A DNA stretch of 64,000 nt from Myxococcota bacterium (GCA_036012755.1 DASCPX010000043.1:52884-116883); one strand, 5' to 3'. Positions 18,788-30,100 are shown, counted from the first letter of the stretch. Made by a program: numbers and translations. The notes: generated from the sequence alone by a model not told the origin.

Positions 18788-19252
18788 GCGCGGATCCCTT
18801 GGGCCCTCAACGGGCTGCACCTCGACACCGTGGTCCCGCAGGTAGCTGACCCCGTTGTCGCCAGCGTAGCCACCCTCGACGACCAGCACGCGCCGGATGG
18901 CGGCGTGGTGGATGAGCTTCGCGCAGAGGACACAGGGCTCGCCCGTCACGATGAGCCAGGCGCCACGAGTCGGGACGCCGTTGGCGGCGGCGTTGCAGAT
19001 GACGTTCATCTCCGCGTGGTGGCAGCCGACCTCCATGCGCGTCCCAGAGGTCACACCCTGGCTGTCCCGCAGGCAGACCTCGCCACCGCACAGGGCCCCA
19101 CCGCCGCGGGGCCCACCGTTGTAGCCATCCATCAGGATGACGTTCCGATCCGGGTCGAGCAGCAGCGCCCCGAACTTTCGCCTGGGACAGTTCGAGGCCT
19201 TGGCCAGCGCCAGACACTGCTCGATCCGGATGCGGATGTGCTTTTCGTTCAT
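18770..19252 (-). CDS. dCMP deaminase / ComEB-like zinc deaminase
   Basis: SNCPRRKFGA, GYNG, HAEMN and PCVLC. Confidence 0.9.
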   Translation of the reverse strand: MNEKHIRIRIEQCLALAKASNCPRRKFGALLLDPDRNVILMDGYNGGPRGGGALCGGEVCLRDSQGVTSGTRMEVGCHHAEMNVICNAAANGVPTRGAWLIVTGEPCVLCAKLIHHAAIRRVLVVEGGYAGDNGVSYLRDHGVEVQPVEGPRDPRLPFPR

Positions 19253-20604
19253 GCCCTCCGGGCGTAGCGCCTCCGGACCGCCGCGGCCAGCAGCGCGAAG
19301 CCCATCAGCGGCGTCAGGCCGAGAGCAGCGCAACCGGTTCCGGTAGCTGACTCCTCAGAGGTCTCGATGTCGCCAGAGCGGCCCTGGATCTCCGTCGCGC
19401 AGGAGCCTGGCTCCTCGGCCCAGCCCTCTCCGCAGATCGGCCAGTTCGACTCCATGTCGCGGGAGTGCACGATGTAGCGCTGCTGGACGTTGTCCGTGAT
19501 GCCAGAGGCGTAGAGCGACAGGTCCTGATCGATGGCGTCCGGTGTGTACCGCAGGTGGAGACGCGTGAAGTAGGCATCGAGCGCCCCTCCCGTGAAGCCG
19601 ACACCCTGCACCATGTCGTCGGAGAGCCCCGTGACGACGTCGTCGGGACAGGGGTCGCACTTGCCGGCGCCCCAGCCGAACTCGACCGTCCAGGTCGCGC
19701 CCGTGGGGAACTCGTCGCCGTACCAGGTGCCAAAGGCCTCGCCCGTGGCGTCGACCAGGCACTCGTCTTCGATCGTGGCCTCGTCGTAGTTGCTGACGTG
19801 GACCTGGCCGTCGATGTAGTTCGTCAGGAAGAACAGGAGCAGGTCCTGCTCACCCTCCGAGCTGGCCGTGCCGAGCCGGATCGGCAAGCTGAAGGCCTGG
19901 CTCTCGTAGGTGATCTGCAGGGCGGACAGCCAGGTCTCCTCGGACTCCGCGGGGACGCCGGTGTCGGCCTCCTCGTCGACATCGGTCGTGACCTGCAGCG
20001 CGAGGAACCACGAGTCCTCCTCGACGTAGTCCGCGAGCACCGAGTCCAGGCCCTGGTCGACGACGAAGCCGTTGCGGTCGAGCCACCAGTCCAGGCCCTC
20101 TTCGGACTCCGCGCGCAGGATGGTCGCGTCGTACTCGCCGACGGTGAAGACCTCCTTGACGTAGACATCGGCGGAGTCCATGCCGAACTGGGTCCCGGTG
20201 AGGGTCCGCTGGCTCTCGTAGCTGACGTCATCAGAGGTGTAGGTGGTGCCGCCGCAGCCCGAGGACGTGGAGCTGGAGGTCGTCGGGGTGGCGACCAGGC
20301 CCGTGTCGTAGAGGTTCTCGCAGGTGTACTCCACGAGGCGAGGAGCCGAGTAGCGGTCTAGATCCGCGAGGATCGCGGCGTCCACCACCGTCACGTCGTC
20401 CGCTGAGATGGACTCCGGGACGGGGATGAGGAGCCCGAAGTCCGTGTCCGCGCCCTGGACGTCGTTCAAGAGCGTCAGCACCGTTCGGTCACCCTGGCGC
20501 ACAATGGCCATCCGGCTGGCGCCGTTGCTGAGGTCCGAGTCCGCTCCCCCTACGTATGCTCCACAGAATGCGTGGGCCTGACCCACGAAGAGGGTGATGA
20601 GCAT
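19249..20604 (-). CDS. DUF2330 family protein with C-terminal MYXO-CTERM-like tail
   Basis: AHAFCGAYVG, FGLLIPVP, LDRYSAPRL, LPIRLG and FTRLHLRY; ends GCAA-TM-RRR. Confidence 0.85.
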   Translation of the reverse strand: MLITLFVGQAHAFCGAYVGGADSDLSNGASRMAIVRQGDRTVLTLLNDVQGADTDFGLLIPVPESISADDVTVVDAAILADLDRYSAPRLVEYTCENLYDTGLVATPTTSSSTSSGCGGTTYTSDDVSYESQRTLTGTQFGMDSADVYVKEVFTVGEYDATILRAESEEGLDWWLDRNGFVVDQGLDSVLADYVEEDSWFLALQVTTDVDEEADTGVPAESEETWLSALQITYESQAFSLPIRLGTASSEGEQDLLLFFLTNYIDGQVHVSNYDEATIEDECLVDATGEAFGTWYGDEFPTGATWTVEFGWGAGKCDPCPDDVVTGLSDDMVQGVGFTGGALDAYFTRLHLRYTPDAIDQDLSLYASGITDNVQQRYIVHSRDMESNWPICGEGWAEEPGSCATEIQGRSGDIETSEESATGTGCAALGLTPLMGFALLAAAVRRRYARRA

Positions 20605-20672
20605 GTCTCCTCCCAATCCTGCCCTGACCAGAAGGGAAAACCAGTGTAGGCAGGGCGTGCTAGGGTCCGCAC

Positions 20673-21020
20673 ATGGCCCTGGAAGCCTGGATTCGAGCCC
20701 TCGTCTCCCCGAGCGAAGAGACGGTGGCGGAGGCCTGCGCAGAGGGCGTCAGGGTCTACCGCTACAGGGTCTTCGAGGACCGGGGCGAGCTCGCCGAGAC
20801 CTTCACGGGCCGGAGCGAGCTGCTGGCCTGGCCGGGGCGGTCCCCGCCGAAGGTGGCATGGACGATAGAGACCGACGACGGCGCGACGGCCCGGTACAAG
20901 CTGTCGATCGAGGACTTCGAAAACGGCGGGCTCTGGCACTACACCCTCGACGAGGAGGGCAAGGTCCTGGAGCTCCACCACCACGCTGACGCGATCAGCC
21001 AGGATCCGCCTGATGTTTGA
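20673..21020 (+). CDS. Hypothetical protein (possible SnoaL/NTF2-like fold)
   Basis: FTGRSELLAW pattern; extended -10-like TGCTAGGGT upstream. Confidence 0.55.
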   Translation: MALEAWIRALVSPSEETVAEACAEGVRVYRYRVFEDRGELAETFTGRSELLAWPGRSPPKVAWTIETDDGATARYKLSIEDFENGGLWHYTLDEEGKVLELHHHADAISQDPPDV

Positions 21021-21124
21021 GCCGTTCAAGACCCGCGCACAACTCGAGCACATCATCCGTGCCAGCGCTTTCATCGCCGAGACGACCGCGGCGTCGCAAC
21101 TCCTTGCCCGAGCGCGACGCTGGT

Positions 21125-22753
21125 TCACCGCCGGCGACTGAGCCTCTCCAGGTACCAGGCGCTGCGCTCGTCGCCGCAGGCAGCGGCGATCTCGAGCTCC
21201 TCGGCGGCCGAGGGATGGTCGATGGCGAAGAAGACCCGGCCCAGGTTGGCGTGGGCGACGCACAGGGTGGGGTCGTCCTCCAGCGCCCTGCGGAAGGCGC
21301 GGACGGCGTCAGAGAGACAAGGCACCCTGCCCTCGGCGCAGGAGCCATCGAGCACGTGCCATGCGACGACACCCTGCTGGTTCCAGGCGGCGGCGTCCTT
21401 CGGGCGCTCTTGTTCGAGCACCCGGTACCACCCGGGGCGCTCGGTCTCCGGGTCGAGGGGGAACTCGGCCGGGCCCAGCCAGGCATCGACGTGCCCCTCG
21501 GCTGCCACCGGGGGCTCGACGAGGCGGCCGTCGAAGTGCTCGGCGAGGACCTCGCCGATGGCGGACGCCAGCACCGTGTGGGCCTCTGGCGTCGGGTGGC
21601 AGTGGTCGTAGATCTGCCCGAAGTCGACGAGTCCGTCTTCGCTCATGGCGGCGATGGCCGCGGCCCCGTCGACGAGGAGGACTCCGTCGAGGTCCCCTAC
21701 GACCTCTGAGAGATAGGGCGCGGCCCTGTTGGGCGAGGCGTCGAGCAGCATGGCGCGCTCCAGCCACTCCCTGGCCAGCTCGACCTCGCCGTGACGACGG
21801 AGCGCGGAGCCCCAATGCCAGGCCTGCATCGGGTCGGGGCAGGCGGAAAAAGCGGCCTCGGCCAGCGCGAAGGCCTCGTCGCGCCGACCCTCCTGGAGCA
21901 ACCGATCTGCCTGGCCGGTGGCCTCTGACTGGGCCTCGACGCAGGGATCCTGCGTGTCCGCCGGCTGGTAGGCGAGGTTCAGGGGCACGGTGCTGACCAC
22001 GACGGGGATGTCTCCGGCGAGCTCGACGATGCGACGAAGGTTGTGACGGAGCTGGCCCTCGGCGAAGGCCCTGTCGGCGTCGGTGATGGGGGCGCGCTCC
22101 ACCATCGGGATCGGCTCGGCCTGGCGGAAGTCGGTCTGGCCCCACACCCCGGGCCTCTCGGAGAGGGCCTCTGCCATCCAGCGGTAGCTGCGCAGGGTTC
22201 GAAGGCGCCTGGCCCAGGTGGTGCTGCGGACCCATCGGCGGAGCTCCGGCTCGGGCAGGTACTGGCGCGCGCCCACCCACTCGAGGAGCTCGTTGTTGCC
22301 GCTGTAGACGACGAAGGCGTCAGGCTGGAGCGCGAGGGCCTCCTTCACCAGCATGACCAGCTGCTGCGAGGACCAGGCGATGGCGCCGAGGTTCAGGACC
22401 TCGACGTCAGCCCCATCGACGACGAGGCGCTCCTCGACCTTGTCGGGCCAGGAGCCGACGCGGGTGAAGCCGTAGCCGTGCACGGCCGAGCCCCCCAGTG
22501 CCACGATACGCAAGGTGTTTGCTGGTTTCTCGCTGGACCAGGGGTGGGGCTGGCTGGGGGTGCGCGCGGCCCGGTAGGGGTGGCCCTCGACCTCCAGTGT
22601 GGGGAAGAAGGGCGGACTCGGTGGGACGTGCTCGGGGCTCCAGGACACGGTGCGATCGGGCTGTCCCTGGTAGCCGGCGAGGCGCAGGCCACCCTCGACC
22701 AGCACGCCGAAGAGCGCGAACACGAAGAGCGAGAAGAGGACACGACGCCGCAT
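21125..22753 (-). CDS. SGNH/GDSL hydrolase-like protein with TPR-like C-terminus
   Basis: RIVALGGSAVHG, VLNLG, YSGNNE and DHCHPT; N-terminal TM. Confidence 0.8.
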   Translation of the reverse strand: MRRRVLFSLFVFALFGVLVEGGLRLAGYQGQPDRTVSWSPEHVPPSPPFFPTLEVEGHPYRAARTPSQPHPWSSEKPANTLRIVALGGSAVHGYGFTRVGSWPDKVEERLVVDGADVEVLNLGAIAWSSQQLVMLVKEALALQPDAFVVYSGNNELLEWVGARQYLPEPELRRWVRSTTWARRLRTLRSYRWMAEALSERPGVWGQTDFRQAEPIPMVERAPITDADRAFAEGQLRHNLRRIVELAGDIPVVVSTVPLNLAYQPADTQDPCVEAQSEATGQADRLLQEGRRDEAFALAEAAFSACPDPMQAWHWGSALRRHGEVELAREWLERAMLLDASPNRAAPYLSEVVGDLDGVLLVDGAAAIAAMSEDGLVDFGQIYDHCHPTPEAHTVLASAIGEVLAEHFDGRLVEPPVAAEGHVDAWLGPAEFPLDPETERPGWYRVLEQERPKDAAAWNQQGVVAWHVLDGSCAEGRVPCLSDAVRAFRRALEDDPTLCVAHANLGRVFFAIDHPSAAEELEIAAACGDERSAWYLERLSRRR

Positions 22754-22771
22754 GCGCCGATAGACAAGCAC

Positions 22772-23182
22772 ATGGAGCCGACCGACTTCCCCATCCGGGT
22801 CACCATGCCCGTGGCCTGGGGCCAGCTGGATGCCTTCGGGCACGTCAACAACACCCAGTTCTTCCGCTTCTTCGAGGACGCGCGCATCGCTTGCTTCACG
22901 CGCATCGGCGTGGCCGAGCACATGAAGGCGACGAGCGTGGGCCCGATCCTGGCCAAGACGAGCTGCGTGTTCCGCCGACCCCTCGGCTTCCCCGACACGG
23001 TCACCGTCTGCACTCGCGTCACCGAGCTCGGCGAGGACCGCTTCACGATGGAGTACGCGCTGTTCTCGGAGAAGGCGGGCCTGGCCGGACACGGAGAGGG
23101 GCGCATCGTGATGCTGGACTACAAGACCGGGCAGAAGACGCCGATCCCCGCCGCGATCCGCGAGGCCATCGAGGCCCTCTGA
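22772..23182 (+). CDS. Acyl-CoA thioesterase (4HBT hotdog family)
   Basis: WGQLDAFGHVNNTQFFRFFEDAR. Confidence 0.9.
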   Translation: MEPTDFPIRVTMPVAWGQLDAFGHVNNTQFFRFFEDARIACFTRIGVAEHMKATSVGPILAKTSCVFRRPLGFPDTVTVCTRVTELGEDRFTMEYALFSEKAGLAGHGEGRIVMLDYKTGQKTPIPAAIREAIEAL

Positions 23183-23206
23183 GCGGGCCGCAGGGTTCTC
23201 TGCACT

Positions 23207-24469
23207 TCAGTCCTCGAAAGCCAGCTCCACGCTGGTGTTGGGAAGCCTCTCGACGAGGGCCTCCAGCGCAGGGCGTGAGGCGGAGACGAAGCCGAGCCCC
23301 AGCACCTCCAGCTGGGCCAGCTCGGCGAGGATGACGAGGTCGTCGTCCTCTATGTCGGTCTTGGACAGCCGGAGGCGCCGCAGACCGCGCAGACAGGACA
23401 GCCCCATCCGGTCCTCTGGGGAGATCTGGCAGCGGGTGAGATCGAGGTCCTCGATGGAGCTCTCGGCGAGCTCCTGGACACCGGCGTCCTCCAGGATGCA
23501 GCGGTAGAGCGTGAGCTGCTTGAGCTCCCGCAGCGCCGCCAAGCCGCCGAGCGAGTGCAGGGTGCTCTCCGTGATCGCCAGGCTGCGGAGGTCCGGGAGT
23601 CGAGCGATGGCCGCGATTTCTCCCTCGCAGAGCCGACCCCCGCCGAGGCGAAGCCCCCACAGTCGAAGCCCGGAGAGTGCGGGCAGCTCGGAGATGTCGA
23701 GCCCGCTGACATCGAGCGCTCGAAGCTCCTGGAGCTCCGCCAATGGAGACAGTGAGCGGACACCGGTGTCGGCGATGTTCAAGAGGCGCAGCCGACCGAG
23801 CCGCTCCAGCATCGCGATCTCCCAGAACGGAGTGCCCGACAGGTCGAGGACCTCGAGCGTCTCGGGCAGGTTCGCGAGCCCGCTCAGCGGCCCGTGGAGC
23901 TCCGTCAGGTCGAGATCGTAGAGCTGAGCCGCCTCCCGCAGTCGCACCCACTGGGCGGGGTCCTCGAGGGTCTGGGAGACGTGGTCCTCGACGCCGATCG
24001 TCTCGATGATCTCGGCGCTGGGGGGGTCACCCGTGTCCTCGATCCAGAAGTCCCCGTAGCCCTCCTCCCAGGCGAACTCGTAGCGATCCGTCCAGGCCGA
24101 GCCGAGCACCATGCGGGCGACCATGTCCTCTGTGCAGCGCTCCTCCAGGACTCGACGCACCAGGCCGAGCTCGACCAACGACGCGCCAGCGAGCAGCAGC
24201 TGGCGCAGCGGAAGCCCCGCCAGGTGCACCAGCTCACCGTGATCGACGAGGGCGCCCGAGATGTCGAGCTCCACGAGCGTGGAGAGCCGAGCGAGGGGCT
24301 CCAGGGACTCCAGCAGACCGGAGTCGCGCAAGGCGAGTGCCTCGATCGGCCAGTCGGCGAGTCGTTCGACGAGCTCGGAGAGATCGATCGGACCATCGAC
24401 CCAGAGCCGAGGCACGGGCGTCTGCCCGGAGATGTCCTCTGCCCGAACGCGCACCCATGGCCCGCTCAC
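23207..24469 (-). CDS. Leucine-rich repeat protein (start uncertain)
   Basis: Multiple LxxLxLxx repeats, e.g. LEVLDLSGT, LRLLNIADT, LRALDVSGL; GTG start with GGAG chosen. Confidence 0.75.
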   Translation of the reverse strand: MSGPWVRVRAEDISGQTPVPRLWVDGPIDLSELVERLADWPIEALALRDSGLLESLEPLARLSTLVELDISGALVDHGELVHLAGLPLRQLLLAGASLVELGLVRRVLEERCTEDMVARMVLGSAWTDRYEFAWEEGYGDFWIEDTGDPPSAEIIETIGVEDHVSQTLEDPAQWVRLREAAQLYDLDLTELHGPLSGLANLPETLEVLDLSGTPFWEIAMLERLGRLRLLNIADTGVRSLSPLAELQELRALDVSGLDISELPALSGLRLWGLRLGGGRLCEGEIAAIARLPDLRSLAITESTLHSLGGLAALRELKQLTLYRCILEDAGVQELAESSIEDLDLTRCQISPEDRMGLSCLRGLRRLRLSKTDIEDDDLVILAELAQLEVLGLGFVSASRPALEALVERLPNTSVELAFED

Positions 24470-24573
24470 GACCTCTCCAAGATCGGCGTGAAAGCTGGTG
24501 AAAGGACGTGAAATGGTCGAGGGGGGGGGTGCGTGCGAAGAAACATACAGGCCCCCTCGAACCAGAGGCAGCA

Positions 24574-25437
24574 ATGAGCAACGAGCTTCACACCACCCAG
24601 TCTCACACCGAAGTCTACCCGGACGCAGAGACCATCATGGATCGCTTGGAGCGACGCTGGACGCTCGCGAGCCATCGACCGCCGCTGACACCCAACATCG
24701 CGCGCCAGGTCGTCCGCATGGCTCACCTGCCGGACGTCACCCGGCGAGAGGCGATGGACCTCTTTGGTCAGTCCCCGATCCTGACCGCCGCTCTGTTGCG
24801 CGAGGCCCAGCGCTCAGGCCCAGCGACGAGCCTCCCAGAGGCCATCGAGATGCTAGGACTCGCACGCACCCGGGCGGTCCTCCTGCGCTTCGCCTACGAC
24901 CTGAAGATGGTCGGACAGCCCGATGTCATCACGGCGATCACCGCCATCCAGCTCCACGGCTGGCGCTGCGCCAGGGTGGCCGAGGTCATCTGCCGCTACA
25001 CCTCGCTGAACGCGGACCGGGCGCGCGCCTGCGCCCTGCTCCAGGACATCGGACTCATCGCCGGTCTCTGCGCGCTCACCGACAGCGCCCCTGGCGTGGC
25101 GCCGCCGCACATCAGCAAGTGCATGAGGATGCTCGATGCCGGCCACGAGACCCTGTCGTGGTTCGTCGCCGAGTGCTGGGGCCTCCCCCACGAGCTGCAG
25201 GACGTGTTGGCCGCTCACCACGACGTCCGCGTCGGCGGCTACCGCCACCCCTACTGCGCGGTCCTCGTCATCACGCAGGCGGTCGTCGCAGAGCTGGGCC
25301 TCGACATGTCCGTGGACGGCATGCCCTGCCGCACGCCGGAGTCCGCGCAGTTCGTCGACGCGCTCGACGCACTCGGTCTCACCGAGATGCAGTTCCTCCT
25401 GATCCGCAAGCAATCCCGGAGTTCACTCACGGGTTAG
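24574..25437 (+). CDS. HDOD domain protein
   Basis: P.LTAALLR, SLPEAIEMLG, LLQDIG and WGLP..L..V...HH. Confidence 0.8.
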   Translation: MSNELHTTQSHTEVYPDAETIMDRLERRWTLASHRPPLTPNIARQVVRMAHLPDVTRREAMDLFGQSPILTAALLREAQRSGPATSLPEAIEMLGLARTRAVLLRFAYDLKMVGQPDVITAITAIQLHGWRCARVAEVICRYTSLNADRARACALLQDIGLIAGLCALTDSAPGVAPPHISKCMRMLDAGHETLSWFVAECWGLPHELQDVLAAHHDVRVGGYRHPYCAVLVITQAVVAELGLDMSVDGMPCRTPESAQFVDALDALGLTEMQFLLIRKQSRSSLTG

Positions 25438-25506
25438 CGAGGTTCCTCCGGGGCTTTCCTTCCCGTGCCCCGAGCTCGCTTGCCCACGGCCTCCCCGAGG
25501 GATACC

Positions 25507-25518
25507 TACCGTTCGGTA
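25507..25518. promoter_or_regulatory. Putative TetR-family operator
   Basis: Inverted repeat TACCG-TT-CGGTA directly upstream of the TetR gene and efflux operon. Confidence 0.55.
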
Positions 25519-25538
25519 TACAACCTCGGGGAGGCCGC

Positions 25539-26123
25539 TTGCGGACCCCAGCCACCGGCACGCGCCAGCGCATCATCGACGAGGGCACCAGGCTCTTCGC
25601 CGAGCAGGGCTACGCGGGCACGAGCGTGCGCCAGATCGTCGAGGCCGCCGGCGTCACGAAGCCGACCCTCTACTACTGGTTCGGAAACAAGGAGGGCCTC
25701 TTCGGCGCTCTCGTAGACGTCCACATGGGTCACTGGTTCGAGGTGCTGGAGGCCATCGTGAACGGCGAAGGCAGCGCCCTCGAGCGCCTCGACGCCTACC
25801 TCCGGGCCTCGCTGCGAGAGGCCAGGGACAAGCCAGAGGTCCTCTCCTTCCTCGCTCAGGCCTTCCACCAGGCGGGCCAGGGCGCCACGGGGGTCGACTG
25901 CACGCGCTTCGTCGCGACCGAAGCCCGACTCCTGACCCAGCTCGCAGCAGATGGCATCGAGGCCGGCGAGCTCCGCGCGGGGCTCCGGCCGGACGACGTA
26001 GCCCTTGCCGCGATCGGCCTCGTGCACATCCGTATCGGCGCCTGCCTGCACGGGGGCGTTCCGCTCTCGGAAGAGGCCGCCGCCGCCGCCGCCGACATCC
26101 TTCTAAACGGAGTGAGCCCTTGA
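25539..26123 (+). CDS. TetR/AcrR family regulator
   Basis: RQRII..GTRLFAEQGY..TSVRQI..AGVTKPTLYYWFGNKE; TTG start after GGGGAGG. Confidence 0.9.
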   Translation: MRTPATGTRQRIIDEGTRLFAEQGYAGTSVRQIVEAAGVTKPTLYYWFGNKEGLFGALVDVHMGHWFEVLEAIVNGEGSALERLDAYLRASLREARDKPEVLSFLAQAFHQAGQGATGVDCTRFVATEARLLTQLAADGIEAGELRAGLRPDDVALAAIGLVHIRIGACLHGGVPLSEEAAAAAADILLNGVSP

Positions 26124-27169
26124 TCCTGCTGCTGTCGCTCATGTCCTGCTCCGACTCCAGCGCCGAAGGCGAGACGCGCGAGGCGATGGACCTCCCGGAC
26201 GCGCCAGGGGTGCGCGTCGAGACCGCGGTGCTGAAGCCCGCAGAGGCCAAGGTCGAGCTGTCCTTGCCCGCCGAGGTGCTCGCGTCCTCTGACTCCACCC
26301 TCGCTGCACCCCTCGGCGGCTACGTCGAGGGCGTCCTGGTCGAGGCCGGCCAGCGGGTTCGCAAGGGGCAGGTGCTGGCGCGGGTCGATGTGCGGACCCG
26401 GGCCGCCCAGACCGAGATCGCCACCGCCCAGGCCGAGCAGGCCGAGGCCGAGCTCGAGCGCATCCTCGCCCTGGGCGACGGGGCCTCTGACCAGCAGGTC
26501 CTGGCTACCCGGACCCAGGCTCGCGTCGCCCGCGCCAACGCGGATCTGGCCGAGATCAACCTCCAGCGCGGGGTCGTCGTGGCCCCCTTCTCCGGACGCA
26601 TCGCAGAGGTCTTCGTCGAGGTCGGCGAGGTGGCCGGCCCGGGCACACCGGTGGTCCGGGTGGTCCGAACCGACGTCGTCACTGTCGAGGTGAGCGTGAA
26701 CGACCGGGACGTGAGCCAGCTGCAGATCGGGCAGGAGGTGGAGTTCCGGACCCAGTCCCTTCCAGATGTCTTCGAGGGGACCATCACGAATGTCGGCGCC
26801 GCGGCCTCGACCAAGACACGGACATTCCGCGCTCAGGTCGAGATCCCCAACCCGGACGACGAGCTGTTGCCGGGCATGCTGGGCAGGGTCTCACTCAGGC
26901 GGATCCTGGCCGATGAAGCCATCGTCATCCCCCAGGACTGGATCGTCACCGCGCTGGACTCCAGCGGGGTCTTCGTCGACCACGCCGGCGTCGCCCAGTG
27001 GCGCGAGCTGGACATCGCGAGCTTCGCGGCCGACCAGGCGATCATCGAGGACGGCCTGCAAGTGGGCGAGGCGGTCGTCTCGGTCGGAGGCAGGGACGTC
27101 ACCGACGGAGACGCGCTCATAGTCGTCCGAAGCGGCACTTGCTGCGACAACGGCCAGGTCGTCTGGTAG
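26120..27169 (+). CDS. RND efflux periplasmic adaptor (MFP)
   Basis: GQRVRKGQVL, APFSG, TRTF and LLPGM motifs; lipoprotein-like start. Confidence 0.9.
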   Translation: MILLLSLMSCSDSSAEGETREAMDLPDAPGVRVETAVLKPAEAKVELSLPAEVLASSDSTLAAPLGGYVEGVLVEAGQRVRKGQVLARVDVRTRAAQTEIATAQAEQAEAELERILALGDGASDQQVLATRTQARVARANADLAEINLQRGVVVAPFSGRIAEVFVEVGEVAGPGTPVVRVVRTDVVTVEVSVNDRDVSQLQIGQEVEFRTQSLPDVFEGTITNVGAAASTKTRTFRAQVEIPNPDDELLPGMLGRVSLRRILADEAIVIPQDWIVTALDSSGVFVDHAGVAQWRELDIASFAADQAIIEDGLQVGEAVVSVGGRDVTDGDALIVVRSGTCCDNGQVVW

Positions 27170-27175
27170 GTCACG

Positions 27176-30100
27176 ATGAAGTGGGCACGCTGGCTCGTCG
27201 AGCACCCGACGACCGTCCTGGTGGCGGTCCTCGCATCCCTCTACTTCGGCGTCGTCGCGTACAAGACGCTGCCTCGAGAGTCGACCCCCGACATCACGAT
27301 CCCGGTGGTCGTGGTCAGCACGCCGTACTTCGGCGTCTCGCCAGAGGACATCGAGTCCCTCGTCACGATCCCGATGGAGCGCAAGCTCAAGGATCTCAAG
27401 GACGTGGACAATATGACGTCCACCTCCTACGAGGGCGCCTCCGCCGTGGTGCTCGAGTTCGACCCCGACATCGACATCGACGACGCCCTGCAGAAGGTGC
27501 GGGAGAAGGTCGACGCGGCCGAAGCGGATCTGCCAGAAGACGCCGAGGACCCGGTGGTCCAGGAGATCTCGTTCTCGGACATCCCGATCCTCATCGTCTC
27601 GATGACCGGGCCCCAGGACGAGGAGTTGCTCAAGAACCTCGCAGAAGACCTCGCGGACGAGATCGAGGCAGTCCCGGGCGTGCTCGACGTGAAGGTCTCC
27701 GGAGGCCTCACCCGGGAGTTCAAGATCCTCGTCGATCCCGACCGGCTGGCGCTCTACGAGGTGAGCTTCAACGACATCCTCCGCGGGATGCAGTCGGAGA
27801 ACGTGAACATCCCGGGGGGCACGGTCGACGCCGACCGGACGAACTACCTGCTGCGTGTCCCCGGAGAGCTGGGCTCGGCCGAGGACATCCGGGCGGTGCC
27901 GCTCAAGAACGTGGGTGGGCAGACGGTCTTCGTGCGCGACGTCGCGCGGGTGGTCGACGGCTACGCGGAGCGCGCGACCTACGCGCGGATGAACGGCACG
28001 CCGAGCATCAGCCTGTCGATCCAGAAGCGCGTCGGAGAGAACATCATCCAGACCGCCCAGGCCTCGCGCGAGGTCGTAGAGAAGGAAGCCGAGGGCTGGC
28101 CGGAGGGTGTCGAGTACGCCTTGCTGGCGGACCAGAGTCGCGAGATCGAGGCGATGGTCTCGGAGCTGGAGAACAACATCCTCTCGGGCCTCATCCTCGT
28201 CGTCGGCGTCCTGCTGTTCTTCATGGGCTTCCGCAACAGCTGGTTCGTCGGGCTCGCCATCCCCTTGTCGATGTTCCTCTCCTTCATGGTCATCCAGGCG
28301 CTGGGGATGACCCTGAACATGGTCGTCTTGTTCAGCCTGATCCTCGCGCTGGGCATGCTCGTCGACAACGCGATCGTCATCGTCGAGAACATCTACCGCC
28401 ACCTCGAGATGGGCAAGACCCACGTCGAAGCGGCGATCGAGGGTGTGTCGGAGGTGGCCCTGCCCGTGGCGACCTCGACCTTGACGACCGTGCTCGCCTT
28501 CGCGCCGATGCTCGTCTGGAAGGGCATCATGGGCGAGTTCATGGTCTTCCTGCCGAAGACCCTGATCATCGTCCTGACCTCTTCGCTGGTGGTGGCGCTG
28601 GTCGTCATCCCCGCTGCGACGTCGCGGTGGATGAAGCAGGTGGCGACCGGCACCGACCTGTCCTCTGGCGTGGTCGCGGAGGGGGGCCTCTACGGCGTCC
28701 TGATAAGGCGCTACAAGCGTCTGCTCGAATGGTCCATCGACCACCGCTACGTCAGCTTCTTCGGCCTGGGGCTGCCGATCCTCGTCGGCACCCTCGTGGT
28801 CTACGGCGTCTTCAACCACGGCACCGAGTTCTTCCCCCAGACCGAGCCCAACCGCGCCATCGTCCAGATCACCGCTCCGGACGGCACCGGCATGGAGGTC
28901 ACGGACCGCATCGCCCGCCAGCTCGAGATGGTGTTGGACACGGAGTCCGACGTCGACACCTACATCACAGAGGTGGGCGTGGCCACGGGCTCGGATGGCT
29001 TCGGCTTCGGGAGCTCCAGCGTTCCCCACTCGGCCCGCATCACGGTCGACTTCAAGCCAACCATCGGCAAGGCCCGCGAGGGCGAAGCGGTACGCGAGGG
29101 CAACACCTTCGACGCCATCGACAGGGTGCGCACGACCGCCAGCTTCGTCGTGGGAGCAGACGTCATGGTCGACAAGATCCAGGAGGGCCCGCCCGTGGGG
29201 CTGCCCATCTCGATCGAGGTCACCGGCGAGGACGTCCACGAGATCGGTCGCGTCTCTCACGAGGTCCGCCGCAAGCTCGCTGGCATCGCCGGTGTCGTGG
29301 ACATCACGGACGACTACCGCGTGGGCCGCCCGGAGCTGCGCTTCGACGTCGACCGGGCAGCGACGAAGCGGGTGGGCGCCTCGACCGCGACGGTGGCCAA
29401 CACCTTGCGCACCGCAGTCGCGGGCACGAAGGCCTCTGTGATTCGGGAGGGCGAGGAGGAGTACGACATCGTCGTGTCCCTCGACGAGCGCTTCACAGAG
29501 GACATCCCGTCGATCCTGGCTCTGCACGTTCCGGGCAAGGACAACCTGATGGTGCCGCTGTCGACGCTGGCGACGGCCCGGACCCGCGGTGGCGCCGGCA
29601 GCATCAAGCACAAAGACCGTGAGAAGATCGTGCGTATTTCCGCAGACGTGGCGGACGGCTACCGCGTGGACCTCGTCCAGGCCGAGGTCGCCACCCTCAT
29701 CGCAGAGTACCCGACGCCCGAGACCGTGCGCCTCGATATGGGCGGCGCCAACGAGGAGGAGGCCAAGGCGCAGGCCTTCTTGAGTCGGGCCTTCCTCATA
29801 GCCGTGTGCCTCATGTTCATGGTGCTCGTGACACAGTTCGACTCGGTCATGCGTCCCTTCATCATCCTCGGCAGCGTCGTGCTGTCGCTCATCGGGGTCC
29901 TGTGGGGGCTGCTCATCACGGGCACGCCCTTCGGCATCATGATGACGGGTGTCGGGGTCATCTCCCTGGCCGGCGTGGTCGTCAACAACGCAATCGTCCT
30001 GCTCGACTACATCGAGCTCCAACGCAAGCGGGGCCACGACATGCGCTCGGCCCTCGTCAGCGCCGGACTGGTGCGGTTCCGGCCGGTCGTCTTGACCGCG

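Noticed and set aside
24521..24529. G9 homopolymer as a phase-variation tract
   Set aside because: It is probably intergenic, unremarkable at this GC content, and there is no evidence of variation.
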